A stretch of DNA of 64,000 bases from Octopus vulgaris (GCA_951406725.2 OX597833.1:19096001-19160000); one strand, 5' to 3'. Positions 38,552 to 51,601 are shown, counted from the stretch's first letter. Notes: generated from the sequence alone by a model not told the origin. Numbers and translations: made by a program.

Positions 38552-39900
38552 TTAACTATTAAAAGATAACTAGTTTTGCTACAAAGAACAAAAATCAACT
38601 ATCTCTTCAAAAGTACACATAATTTCCTTTGCCTTTTTGAGATTCAGTTATATTTTGTAGCTGAACATTAAATAACTTCTGCATTTTTGTCTCCTGTGAA
38701 AATGGCTGTGTCTTAAGTATAAAGTCATTAGTAGGCTTTGTCTCCAAAGGTTATAGAAATTTTTCTCAACAAGTTAACAGAAGTAGGAAAACTCTCAAAC
38801 AGTTTGAATGTTATCATAATGTGCTCTTAAACAGAGAGACACGATGAGAGTGTTAATATTCTCCAGTTGCTAGCGAAAGCCTTTTTTTCCTCTTTACATT
38901 TCTATTTTTAACTATATTTCCCTTAAATACTGCAAAAGAGGCTCAGGAAGGTGGTTACTAATTGGCAGTTATAGAACTAATCAAGATAGCCTAATTGGCT
39001 TCTGCTCAGCCAATTTACAGTTTGGCTGAAAGATAGTTTGATTATGTCATTTGATAGTGTCCTAAAGGATGTCACAATTACAAAGCTTTCTCTGCTACAT
39101 TCTTACTGATAAATTTTATATAGAGTGAAGACCTATCTAAATCTGGAAATAGCTTCGTCACGTGATAGGGGACACATGGTTGCAGTGAATGTCATGGGGT
39201 AATTGCAGTGGTTTGTAATATCTGCATTATTCCTTAGTTGCTAACTTACCTGAGATGTTTGATGATGAGAAATTTCTGATTTCATAAGTTTATTTAAGAC
39301 CCTTTAACCCTTTTGATACCAACCCAGCCAAAACTGGCTCTGGCTTTGTCGTACAAATGTCTTGTTTTCCTAAGTATCGAATTAAAATCTTCCACCAAAC
39401 CTTAGTCACAATTTATGATCGTGACACTAGCTGAATTATGACTAAGTTATTTTATTAAATTCTTTGTTACATTTAAAGTAATTTTAAGAAACACAGAGCA
39501 TCTCAAAATAAATACAGTAATGAAAGGGTTAAGTCATATTCCAAACACCAGCATAACAAAGAAATAGTTGGTTATTTTAATATAAACACCTCCAAATTGA
39601 TGATTGTCATCGTCTCTTGCATTATGTTAGGTGTGGTGCCTTTGGGGGAAAGCAGTTTCACATTACAGAACTTCAGATTATTGCAAAATTCTTTAAGAAT
39701 GGACCTCTTCCAAAAGTGGGAGATGCCTGTATTTCACAAACAATTGGTAGTGTATTTCATTAGCAATATGATCTGGAAAGGGTTAATTATGTAAGGCTAG
39801 TCATACATCTTGGTCACTTAATTAAATTGGACTTTTCCCTCTTAGAAATTTGTTATTTTGTATTAAAAACTGTTTTCCAGCATATTCAGTTCCATATAGT

Positions 39901-40284
39901 GGAAGCACTCTGTCGGTTACGACGACGAGGGGTTCCGGTTGATCCGAATCAACGGAACAGCCTGCTCGTGAAATTAACGTGTAAGTGGCTGAGCACTCCA
40001 CAGACATGTGTACCCTTAATGTAGTTCTCGGGGATATTCAGCGTGATACAGAGAGTGACAAGGCCGGCCCTTTGAAATACAGGTACAACAGAAACAGGAA
40101 GTAAGAGTGAGAGAAAGTTGTGGTGAAAGAGTACAGCAGGGATCACCACCATCCCCTGCTGGAGCGTCGTGGAGCTTTAGGTGTTTTCGCTCAATAAACA
40201 CTCACAACACCCGGTCTGGGAATCGAAACCGCGATCCTATGACCGCGAGTCCGCTGCCCTAACCACTGGGCCATTGCGCCTCCA
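39901..40284 (-). mobile_element. tRNA-derived SINE family 3 (also ~58641-59025; related heads at 5094-5405 and 40919-41228)
   Basis: Head tggaggcgcaatggcccagtggttagggcagcggactc...ggtttcgattccc; TSD gttccatatagt. Confidence 0.85.
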
Positions 40285-40665
40285 GTTCCATATAGTATTT
40301 AGTACAGGAAGCTATAAACTATATTGGTTTAACAGTGTTGGGACTGTGGACCATAAAGTGATCCTTTTCTAATCCTTACTGTTTATAGAGATAAATTTGT
40401 GGGTAAGGACTTTGCTTCTCAACAATATGGTTTCAAGTTCAGTTCCTCTGTGTGGCATCTTGGGCATGTATATCCTACTATAATCTCAGGCTGATCAAAA
40501 TCTTGTGACTGGATTTGGTAGCCAGAAACTGAAAGAAACTCATCATACATAAGTATGTGTGTGCGTACATGTATGTTTGTGTTCTCCTTGTCTTGACATT
40601 GTAAGGCGGTTGTAAGAGAATGGGAAAGACTTCTTTTTATAATTTCTTTTGTTTTTTATTTGAAG

Positions 40666-40776
40666 GCTCCAAATCGACAGTTTCTTCTGCGAGTTTCATA
40701 CATGGAAATATATAATGAAAAAATCACTGATTTGCTTGATGTTGAAGAAAAGACACTGAAGCTATTGGAAGATGAG
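40666..40776 (+). CDS. CENPE: CENP-E coding exon 5
   Basis: APNRQFLLRVSYMEIYNEKITDLLDVEEKTLKLLEDE; PxRxFLLRVSYMEIYNE is characteristic of kinesin-7. Confidence 0.95.
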
Positions 40777-41797
40777 GTAAATAATATTGCAATAAGATTC
40801 CTTTTTATCTCTGTTCTGTCATTGTGATATGCTGATGGTAACTGTAGTGGTAATTTTTTTTTTCAAAATTCCATCTAACCCTGCTACAGGCTTTTAGAAG
40901 CTGGTCTTAGCTTTGGTTTTATGGTTTGTTTGTTCCTTCTCGAGCCATCCCTGGCTCATAAGGGCCGGTTTCCCAGTTTCCTTGACGTGTAGGTTCCCCA
41001 CCTGGATGGGATGCTGGTCCGTCGCAGGTGAGCTGCAAGATGCAGGAGGAAAGAGTGAGAGAAATTTGTGGTGAAAGAGTCAGCAGAAGTTTGCCATTAC
41101 CTTCTGCCTGAGCCACGTGGAGCTTAGGTGTTTCGCTCATAAACACACACATCACCTTGTCTGAGATTCGAACTCACGATCCTTCGACCACAAGTCCGCT
41201 GCTCTAACCACTAGGCCATGTGCCTCTACTAGTTTCATGGTAGTGGATAAAAAAAAAAATTTCTTCTAGATTGGACAGTAATCTGTTGGGGTCAGTGTAT
41301 CCTAATGATTTTTAAAAAATAGTTTTTAACAGTTCGGTCTTGGAGATGATGCTGTAATCTATGTCCTTTGTAGGTCCTCTGATTCTGGTAGGATTAATAT
41401 GGATGCTGCAAAGTTAAGAGTACTTCTCTGGCAGGAGCCACACACACGCAAACACAAAATGGGCTGCAGTATGCTAGGCCAAAACGCTTTTAGGCTGTGC
41501 AGCATGTGATTCATTCAAAGGATCTTGAGGTTAGGGGCACTGATTGTGTGTGAGACATGGAGGGTCATGCCTGTAACAATTTTTGTTGGGGAAAATGTGC
41601 TGGTGCCGTATAAAAAGCCCTCAATCCACTCTGTAAGGTGGTTGGTGTAAGGAAGGGCATCCAGTTGTAAAACCCCTACCAAAACAGACAGTGAAGCCTG
41701 GTGCAGTTTTCTGCCTAACCAGCTCCTGTCAAACCATCTAACCCATGCCAGCAAAGAAAACAGACATTAAATGATGGTGGTGGTGGCACTGGCTGCT

Positions 41798-42170
41798 GCT
41801 TCTTCTTCCTCCTCCTCCACTTCTTCATCTTCTCCTTCTTCTTCCTCTTCCTCTTCTTCCTTTTCTCCTTCCTCTTCTTTTCTTCTTCTTCCTCACCTCC
41901 TCCCCCTTCTCTTTGCTTTCTTCTCCTTGCTCTTTTTCTTTTTCTTCCTCTTCCTCACCTCCTTCCTCTTTGCTTTCTTCTTCTCCTTCCTCTTCTTTTT
42001 CCTCTTCTTTTTCTTTTTCTTCCTCTGCCTCACCTCCTCCCCCTCCTCTTTGCTTTCTTCTTCTCCTTCCTCTTCTTCTTTCTCTTCTTTTTCTTCTTCT
42101 TCCTCCCCTCCCCCTCCTCTTTGCTTTCTTCATCTTTGCCTTCCTTTTCTTCTTCCCCTCCTCCTCCCTT
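41798..42170 (+). repeat. Long polypyrimidine (CTT/CCT)n low-complexity tract
   Basis: ~370 nt almost exclusively C/T. Confidence 0.95.
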
Positions 42171-42252
42171 CATCTATGCTATTAAATATGATATTTCCAA
42201 GAAGAAAAGTTTCTTGGAGCAAGCTAATTTGTTCTTTCTCCATTGTTCCCAG

Positions 42253-42337
42253 AATCGAGTGGTTCACGTGAGTGGGCTGAAGGAAATGGTCTTTCAAAAC
42301 ATAGATGATATGTTAGCCATTAAGAAGAAAGGAGATT
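42253..42337 (+). CDS. CENPE: CENP-E coding exon 6
   Basis: NRVVHVSGLKEMVFQNIDDMLAIKKKGD; cccag / gtaagt; phase 0 to 1. Confidence 0.92.
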
Positions 42338-43415
42338 GTAAGTATATTTCTATTCCTAGTGCTGGTTTTGAACCAGCAAGGGAACCTCTGTCTTGTTTAA
42401 TCTTCTAGAAATAGTAGTTAAATCATATCTCTCTTTAACCCTTTAGCATTTAAACCGGCCATATCCAGCCAAAAGTATTCTGCTTGTTTCATGTTCAAAC
42501 TGGCCAGATCTGGTCTCTCACACCAACCCTACAACATCATCTTAAAAATTAACAGCTACCTCATCAAAATCTCATAGCTACAAGATAATGCATGATTAGT
42601 TCAAAACATTGTGGATAAAAAAGCATTAGTTTTGGCAGATTAATGTGAAAACTAAAGGGTTAAAACATGGTTCAGGGTTAAGGTTTATTCCTAGAAAATT
42701 TATACCTGATAAAGGAAAAGATGGGAAGATCAGGGTTGGCATTATTTTTTATCAGAATTCTGCTCTGGCAAGACAGACTTGGAGTCTTAGAGCGACACCA
42801 GCAAGAATTGGCTGGTTTTGATCTGTTTTAATCTTTATTCTATAGCAGTTGTGGCAGTGGTTAAAAAGTTTGTTTCCATTCACATGGTTTCTGGTTCAGT
42901 TCCAACTACTATAGCACTGGGCCAATGAAAGCCTTCCGAGCGGATTTGGTTGATAGAAACTGTAAAAAGCCTGTTGTATATATGTATGTTTTTATGTATG
43001 CATGTGCTACTGTCTCTTTGCTTCAAAATGTTGTGCATGTGGTATCCTTTGTTCCCAATCTTCTCTGCAAACATGTCTGGTCAAAGGGAAATATTGCTTG
43101 GAAACAGATGAGGGTTAGCAACACGAAGGGTATCTGGCCATAGAATATCCACCTTGACAAATACTGTCTAACCCTTGCAGTTATGGAAAGGTCGGTGTTC
43201 AGTTTCCATCTACCAAATTCACTCACAAGGCTTTGGTTAGCCCAGGGTTACAGTAAAAGGCATTTGTCCAAGGTTTAGTCAAACAAATCAACTCCAGTAC
43301 ATATTTTCATGCCTGGTATTTATTCTATTGGATTATTTCACCAAACTGCTCAATTAAGAGGATGTAAACAAACCAATGTTGGTTATCAAGCAGTAGTAAG
43401 AACAAATACAAAAGA

Positions 43416-43454
<39 letters not shown>

Positions 43455-43765
43455 CACATATGATGAGATTCCACACAGTTTCTGTCTACCTAGCTCACTG
43501 ACAAAGCATTGGTCACCCAAGGTGCTATGGAATGGGACTGAATCTTAAACTAGCTGATTGTAGAGCAAAGTTTTTGACCTTACTGCCATTTCTGTGCCTA
43601 GTATTAATATTCTTTAAAAAAAAAGTCTAGAAGGATTAACTTTGTCTTTCATTGCTCTCAGCTGAATTTAAAAGTGTATCAGTGCAAGCATTCTGATCCG
43701 TATATTGCTGGGTTATAGGAACCCCACTAAAATCTCAAATCTTCTTGTTCTTTTCATTCTTCCAG

Positions 43766-43833
43766 CAAGAAGACGTGTGGCTGAAACAGCCAGAAATGAA
43801 GAGAGCTCTAGATCACATGCAATATTTTGTATG
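43766..43833 (+). CDS. CENPE: CENP-E coding exon 7 (switch I)
   Basis: SRRRVAETARNEESSRSHAIFCM contains NxxSSRSH; phase 1 to 0. Confidence 0.95.
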
Positions 43834-44100
43834 GTAAGTTAAATCAGCAGTTTTTTTTTTTTAATTATTCATTCTGCATCATTTCCTTAGTGGCATTCAC
43901 ACTGTAATGAATTCACCTGACATCAACTTTATGCCATGGTTTAGAAGCACCAGCTCTTTCAATAACCTCCCTTGGGCTCTAGAGGTAATTTATATTGCTG
44001 TTTCAAACCACCCACTGCTTTATAAAATATAGTTTGTTTTCAAATTTTGGCATGAGGCCAGCAACTCCAGGGATGGGAGCTAGTCGATTATATTAATCCA

Positions 44101-44340
44101 AATAATAAAGGCGGTGAGCTGGCAGAATCGTTAGCACGCCGGGCGAAATGCTTATCGGTATTTCGTCTGCCGCTACGTTCTGAGTTCAAATTCCGCCGAG
44201 GTTGACTTTGCCTTTCATCCTTTCGGGGTCGATTAAATAAGTACCAGTTACGTACTGGGGTCGATATAATCGACTTAATCTGTTTGTCTGTCATTGTTTG
44301 TCCTCTCTGTGTTTAGCCCCTTGTGGGTAGTAAAGAAAGA
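44101..44340 (+). mobile_element. tRNA-derived CORE-like SINE family 2 (representative copy)
   Basis: ggcggtgagctggcagaatcg head; gcctttcatcctttcggggtcga...aagtaccag central block; 16-bp TSD gattatattaatccaa. Others at ~4440-4655, 6402-6609, 6629-7250, 22725-22920, 25535-25740, 31850-32270, 63785-64000. Confidence 0.85.
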
Positions 44341-45047
44341 GATTATATTAATCCAAGTGTTCAATTGGTACTTATTTTGTTGACCCACAGAAGGATGAAA
44401 GGCAAAACAGACCTTGGCAGAATTTGAACTAGAAACATAAGGACAAACGAAATGTCTGGTGTGCTAATGATTCTGCCAGCTCACTGCCTTACCTCTTTAT
44501 AACATATATTGTGCTAAGAGCACCATCCGAGCGTGTTCGTTGCCAGAGCAGCTAACTGGCTTCCGTGCCAGTGGCATTTAAAAAAGCACCATTCGAGCGT
44601 GATTGTTACCAGTGTCACCTTACTGGCACTTGTGCTGGTCGCATGTGAAAAAAAACATTCGAGCGAGGTTGTTGCCAGTGCCGCTGGACTGGCTCCTGTG
44701 CAGGTGGCACATAAAAAACACCATTTGAGCATGGCTGTTGCCAGTACCACCTGTCTGGCACATAAAAGCACCCACTACACTCTCGGAGTGGTTGGCGTTA
44801 GGAAGGGCATCCAGCTGTAGAAACTCTGCCAGATCAGATTAGAGCCTGGTGCAGCCATCTGGTTCCCCAGTCCTCAGTCAAATCGTCCAACCCATGCTAG
44901 CATGGAAAGCGGACATTAAACGATGATGATGATGATGATTGTCACCAGTAATATACAGTAATTATTTACTTGACTATGAGTCAATTATACCATCTTCTAC
45001 AGGAACTTGCTTTGTGCCTATACATGAAATCTGATTGATATTTGTAG

Positions 45048-45122
45048 ATTATTGAGAGCCAAGAACGACAGGATAATGATGATGATGATTTAAGAGATGA
45101 ATCTGTGCGACTTTCTTTATTG
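45048..45122 (+). CDS. CENPE: CENP-E coding exon 8
   Basis: IIESQERQDNDDDDLRDESVRLSLL; ttgtag / gtaagt; phase 0 to 0. Confidence 0.9.
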
Positions 45123-47749
45123 GTAAGTATATTTTAGTTTTACATCTAATAATTTTCTTCCCCTCATCCATAGGCAGTAAGAGATTTTGTCTAGTTACAT
45201 AAAAGGAGGTTGTCCCTACTATATTTCCCATATTTTCCAGCATGCAAGTCAACATATTACATAGCAGGATGTGAAAAGACAGTGACAGTATTTGAATGTG
45301 ACCGTTGCCAGTGCCGCGCCGACTGGCCTCGTGCCGGTGGCACGTAAAAAGCACCATCCGTTCATGGCCGTTGCCAGCCTCGCCTGGCCCCCGTGCCGGT
45401 GGCACGTAAAACGCACCATCCGATCGTGGCCGTTTGCCAGACTCGTCTGGCACCTGTGCCGGTGGCACGTAAAAAGCACCCACTACACTCACGGAGTGGT
45501 TGGCGTTGGGAAGGGCATCCAGCCGTAGAAACATTGCCAGATCAGACTGGGCCTGGTGCAGCCTTCTGGCTTCCCAGACCCCAGTTGAACCGTCCAACAC
45601 ATGCTAGCATGGAAAGCGGACGCTAAACGATGATGATGATGATGATGATGTCACTGTCCTTCTGAATCTTGCTGCATTTCACATGGAATTTTTGGTCTTC
45701 CATAGTCTTGGTATATATAGTTAACCCACCTTGTCTTTGACTATAAATTTTGGTCTGATAATTCAATTTGTATGACCAGAAAATACAGTACTTGGGAAAT
45801 AGAGGTTAGTGATGACATGAAAATATTAAGGAAAAATAACCTACAAGATATAGTTTTGAGAAAGAAAAGATTGACTAACCTAGCCATATCTAGGAGATGA
45901 ACATAGCTAATCCTTCATGTTGAGCAGTTCATTTTATTATGGTTTGTGATCACGTATTTAAGTCACAAAAGAGTAGGATTTGATTATTACCAATATTTTC
46001 AACATGAAAAATATTCACCTCTGTGTTAAATATCATCACCACCATCATTATTTAACATCCACTTTTCCTTGCTGGCATGGATCAGTTAGAATTTGTTGAG
46101 GCAGATTTTTTTATGACTGGATGCTCTTGCTGTCACCAATGCTCATGTTTCCAAGCAAGAGAATTTTTTTTCCCCATGGCCAGACACAAGAAATGAAATG
46201 ACATTGTTTGTATGATGGTGATTCTTATTTACAACCATCAGATGTTGTCATGACAAGTTTAGGCATACACACACATACAGATGGCTTCTTTCAGTTTCCG
46301 TCTACCAAATCTTCTCAAGACTTTGTGCAGCCCAAGGCTATAACAATAAACTTCTGCCCAAGGTGCTAAACAGTGGGATTGAACCTAAGACCACATGGCT
46401 GGGAAGCAAGATTCTTAACCACACATCCACACCTGTGACTAATTATCAATGAGGATGAACAAAAATATTAAGGGATTAGCTAATAACTTTGGGTCAGTAA
46501 AGAGGGAGATAAAAGAATATAACTATGTAGCCTCCTGGTACAGTAAGAACATTTTATGATAGACTGTAGATTTTAATTCTGCTCTTTTACTAGTGGTTAG
46601 GATATAACACTTACGAATATAAAGATTGTGGTTTTGATTCCTTGACCAGGCGGAATTGTTGTGTTCTTGGGCAAAAACACTTCATTTCACCTTGCTCCAA
46701 TCCACTCAGCTGTGAGTTCCAGGAAAAGCTGAGAAGTTAACCCTGTGATGGACTGGTTTCAATTTCAGGAGAGGTGAGGACTATTGTAAACTTACTCACT
46801 CTCATATACACACACGCATATGTATATGTTGTATATGTCTGTGTCATTGCGTGTCTATATCATCATCATCATCATAATCTTTTAACGTCTGTTTTCCGCG
46901 CTAGCACGAGTTGGACGGTTCGACTGGGGTCTGGGAAGCCAGGGGCTGCACCAGGCCATAGTCTGATCTGGCAGTGTTTCTACAGATGGATGCCCTTCCT
47001 AACACCAACCACTCCGCGAGTGTAGTGGGTGCTTTTTACGTGCCACCTGCACGGAAGCCAGCCAAGGCGGAGCTGGCATCGGCCACGTTCAGATGGTGCT
47101 TTTTATGTGCCACCGGCACAGAAGCCAGTCGAGGCGGCGCTGGCATCGGCCACGTTTGGATGGTGCCATTTATGTGCCACCGGCACAGAAGCCAGTCGAG
47201 GCAGCGCTGGCATCGGCCACGTTTGGATGGTGCTTTTTTTATGTGCCACCGACACAGAAGCCAGTTGAGGCGGCGCTTGGCAATGGCCACGTAAGATATA
47301 ATAGAAAACATGACGAATTATTAGTGCATTTGGTTCGTTTTCAAAAGAATCCTTTAATTCTAGTCACGTTTATAGTTAAGGAATTTATAGTTATATAACA
47401 TCCTGGGATTTGTAGAAGGCACATAACTTTCCAGTGAAATTTTGTATCTAATATCTTTTAAGTGTATGCAGATAGAATTGTAAATTACACTAAGACAATT
47501 TTTGTCCTTGGGTAGCAACCCTGTTTAGTTACCCCTTGAGAGTATGAAAAATGGCTAATATTTCTTTGAAACTTTGCTTTTGTTACATTTATTCAAACCC
47601 CAAAGAATCCCTCTTAACACATGGCTGTGATGTTCCTCCACTACTTCTGCTCATAATCAGAGATGCGCATATCGTCAACTACTAAGGGTAGTTAAGGTCA
47701 AGTAAATCTGTGATATTGAGCAGAATATTTGCTATAATGATATTTCTTC

Positions 47750-48150
47750 GGATCTTTTCGCTTTGACCGGCAGTTTTTTAAAATAATTTCCATGTAACTA
47801 AACACTTTTAAACTTTGTATACTGGTAGAATGTGTTTTTAAAACATCTTTTTCTCTTGGCTTTCTTGAGAAAATTCTGTAGTTTGTAAGATATTTTCTGC
47901 AATTTCAACCAATCAATGACGTCTATTGAGGTGAAAATATTTTCTGCCATATGACAATGTCCCTCATTTAAGAAACAGATTGGGTTTATTTACATTTCTG
48001 AAGAAAAAAAGATACCCTTCCCCTCACCCCTAACCCTAACCCAGATTGAAATGCAATAGATCGATACTAGGGTCATAATTATGGGTGACAATTTCATATA
48101 ACACCACTACAAATTATTTTTAAAAACTGCCAGTCAAGGCGAAAAGATCC
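47750..48150. mobile_element. MITE, same family as 26314-26713
   Basis: TIRs ggatcttttcgctttgac / gtcaaggcgaaaagatcc; perfect TSD atttcttc. A partial third copy lies at ~29057-29160. Confidence 0.88.
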
Positions 48151-48949
48151 ATTTCTTCTTCAGCATCTCAGCACTGGCTCTGTCTGAGATGTAAAGGAAA
48201 ATAGGTTAGTTTCAAAACATTGATGTCCAGATCACAAAAGCCAAAGTTTGAAGGGAATAGCAAGAATTTCCTTTGATTTCTAAATAGGAGCAAATAGGAA
48301 AAAACACTTACGGTAAGTAAGACAAAAAAAGACAAAAAGACATTAAAATTTTGTTACACAGTGTAGCCAGTCCACTTATGCATACCTTTCCTTCTTGGGA
48401 CACAATTTTACTTGTGAAGACCTGTTGAGGCAAGTGAAAATTGAAATTGATCAACATCAATAGAAATTGCAGCTGTGGTACGTAAGAGAACCATCCGAAC
48501 GTGGCCGTTGCCAGCGCCGCCCCGACTGGCCTCGTGCCGGTGGCACGTAAAAAGCACCATCCGATCGTGGCCGTTGCCAGCCTCGTCTGGCACGTAAAAA
48601 GCACCCACTACACTCACGGAATGGTTGGCGTTAGGAAGGGCATCCAGCCATAGAAACATTGCCAGATCAGACTGGGCCTGGTGCAGCCTTCTGGCTTCCC
48701 AGACCCCAGTTGAACCGTCCAACCCATGCTAGCATGGAAAGCGGACGCTAAACGAAGATGATGAAGTGTTAGATGTTTAGTTCTGCAGACTTGTACTGTA
48801 AAACGTGCTCATTAGGGACCTCGTTTGATGTAGATTAACACTTGTCCGTTTCACTTGTAACGATAGATGATGAACATTTAAAATGCATTTTGTAACACAG
48901 GATAATATTGAGTTTTTTTTCTTCCCTCCACTACTTTTCAATTTTGCAG

Positions 48950-49080
48950 TATTTCATAGATTTAGCTGGATCTGAAAAATGTTCTGAAAATACTGGTGAC
49001 CGATTCCGGGAAGGTTGTGCTATCAATAAAAGTCTCTCAGTTTTAGGACAAGTAATCAGCAAACTTAGTGATGGTATCAG
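48950..49080 (+). CDS. CENPE: CENP-E coding exon 9 (switch II)
   Basis: [43 protein letters not shown]; DLAGSE plus CENP-E-like EGCxINxSL..LGQVI.KLSDG. Confidence 0.96.
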
Positions 49081-49266
49081 GTTTGTACGAGAAATAGCTT
49101 TCTTTTTTTAACTACTGTTTTATTCTTTGTTCCTTTTACTAGTTGCAGTCATTGGATTGCAGCCATACTGAGTCACCACATTTTAGTCAATCATATTCAT
49201 ATAAGTGCTTTTTTAAGCTTGATATTTTAATAATATCTCTTTGTCAAACCATTTGGTTATGGCATA

Positions 49267-49570
49267 TCTTTATATATAAAACTGAAGTTGTGTGAGAGTC
49301 TGTCTCCTCCGATTTCGATTCCTAACTACTCCTGCATTTTGCGGTGCAGTTTAACCAAAAGCGGGTATCTTATAGTCGTGATTCATATCGAGCCCTTCTG
49401 GGTATTAGCACGCGTCTACGATGAGTCTACGATTTAAAAAAAATATACCATCATTTTTTCGTTTTTTTAATGCATTTTTTGCTCGGTTTATATAAGGGAA
49501 GTAACTCTCTAAAAATGCTTATATAGTTATTTCCCTTACAAATCCGAGCAACGCCGGGCGATACTGCTAT
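49267..49570 (+). mobile_element. Non-autonomous Helitron, family A
   Basis: TC start; same body as 9882-10275; hairpin plus CTAT (mutated CTAG). Confidence 0.82.
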
Positions 49571-49990
49571 TAAAGAACAAAACAGACACACACATGCTTG
49601 TACGTGTATGTGGGTATGCATATATCAGTATCTATAAAGCTGAAATGCTTAGTACTTATCCTACAGTTGCCTTTCTTGCAGAAAAGTATCAGTAGTACGT
49701 CTTTCTGGCACAAAATTGAACTGCATCCCATTTAGATTAATTGATTTCCTAATAAATTGAGTTAGAACTATTTTCTTTTTAATTTGGTCTGGCATTGTAA
49801 AACAGAATTGTCAGGATAAAGCATTAGAGTTGACGACTGTCAAACTTGGTGCATAAGAAAATTGAACATTTTATTCTTAATGACCCGATATATATATATA
49901 GTTAATCCAAACATGAAAGCACAACAAAACAGAACAATGCGAGGACGTGGAATAAATATAGTATTATTGGATGCTCAGGAAAGAAGGAGG

Positions 49991-50025
49991 GTTTAACGTT
50001 TCGAGTGGAGCTCTTCGTCGGAAAC
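49991..50025 (-). ncRNA. Minimal Penelope-type hammerhead-like motif
   Basis: Minus strand: gttt CCGACGA a-gag-ctcca-ctc GAAAC GTT aaac; loopless palindromic stem III (AACGTT); U4 to C variant. Confidence 0.5.
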
Positions 50026-50403
50026 ATAGGAGAAGGGTAGACAGAGGGAAAAAAATCGCCAAAGGTACACATGCGGTCACATTTTGAATGTGACCGCTAT
50101 AACAATAATAATTTGTGGATGGAAGTTCATAAGCTTTATTAATGAATCACAACATATGGCTCTACACTCCACGCGTTCTACTAGTTGTTGTTATTTTTAT
50201 TATTATTACTATTTCTATTATTATTATCCTACACTGAAAGGGATTCCATGCTGTATAACCATACCATCAGATTACCTTAGAAGATGGAACTAAAAGGTGG
50301 TAGCTGGCATAGAGGAGCACAGCTTTTAAGAGCTCATTACAAGGCTTTTGCCCAAAAAATTTAAACATATATATATTGAATTTAATTATATCTATCTGTC
50401 AAT

Positions 50404-50470
<67 letters not shown>

Positions 50471-50731
50471 CACAAACACACACACACACTCACACAATGA
50501 GCTTCTTTTGTTTTCTGCATGTTAAATGCACTCACAAGAGTTTGGTTAGCCCTGAGTTATAGTTGAAAGTACTTGCTCAGGGTGTCCTGCAATGGGACTG
50601 AACCCAAAGCCATGTGGTTGGGAATCAAACTTCTTAACCACACAGCCATGCCTATGCTTGAGTGTGTGTACAATGTTTTATATGTTCCATTGCATTTAAG
50701 ATTGTGAATTTTTTCTTGTTTTATTTTCCAG

Positions 50732-50864
50732 TCACCAGCATATTAACTACAGAGATTCTAAGTTGACAAGATTACTTCAGAATGGTCTTGGAGGTAATTC
50801 AAAGACTGCTATTATTTGCACTATTAACCCAACTGCAATTGATGAGACACATTCCACTCTGCGA
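50732..50864 (+). CDS. CENPE: CENP-E coding exon 10
   Basis: [44 protein letters not shown]; phase 2 to 0. Confidence 0.96.
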
Positions 50865-51235
50865 GTAAGTAGCAATGTTAATTTCTTGACTGAATCTACA
50901 ATATGTTGTTGAGTTTTTTTCCCTTCTTTGTATACATTAATCTGTATCACTTTTCTATTCATTCTTCAGTTCTGTATTTATTTACATTCAGTATTTTATA
51001 CACTCATGTCGGTGCTACATAAATACACACGTGCCAGTGGCATGTAAAAAAACATGATACACACTCTGTAAAGTGGTTGCCATTAGGAAGGGCATCCAGC
51101 TGTAGAAACCATGTTAAAACAGAGAATTGGAGTCTGGGCAGCTCTCTGGCTGGCCAGTTCCTCTCAAACCATCCAACCCATGCCAACATGGAAAATGGAA
51201 GTTAAACGATGACAACAATGATGATGATATATATA

Positions 51236-51601
51236 TCTTTATATATAAAAGAGAGGTTGTGTGCTGTTTGTCTCCTACGATTTAGATTCCTAACTACTCT
51301 CACATTTTGCGGTGCAGTTTAACCAAAACCGGGTATCTTATAGTCGTGATTCATATCGAGCACGCATCTATGATGATTCTACGATTTAAAAAAAAATTTA
51401 CCATCAATTTTCCCCATTTTTAATACATTTTTGGCATATATAAGGGAAGTAACTCTCTAAAAATGTATTATTAAAAAGCTACAGTAACACCCCCCCTTTG
51501 TGGTTAGCCATATTGAGATGGCTATTATATTTTACATCTCTAAAAATGCTTATATAGTTATTTCCCTTACAAACCCGAGCAACGCCTGGCGATATTGCTA
51601 G
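51236..51601 (+). mobile_element. Non-autonomous Helitron, family A, carrying a retrozyme fragment at 51466-51536
   Basis: TC...hairpin-CTAG termini; internal aagctacagtaacacc...gccatattgagatggct matches the 59-bp repeat at 16502. Confidence 0.85.

Noticed and set aside
41771-42271. Ser/Phe-rich and Glu/Arg-rich ORFs on both strands
   Set aside because: Artefacts of the (CTT/CCT)n tract; only 42253-42337 is a real exon.
44109-44200. tRNA-like heads with A/B boxes
   Set aside because: They are SINE heads lacking a complete cloverleaf and continuing into SINE bodies; not tRNA genes.
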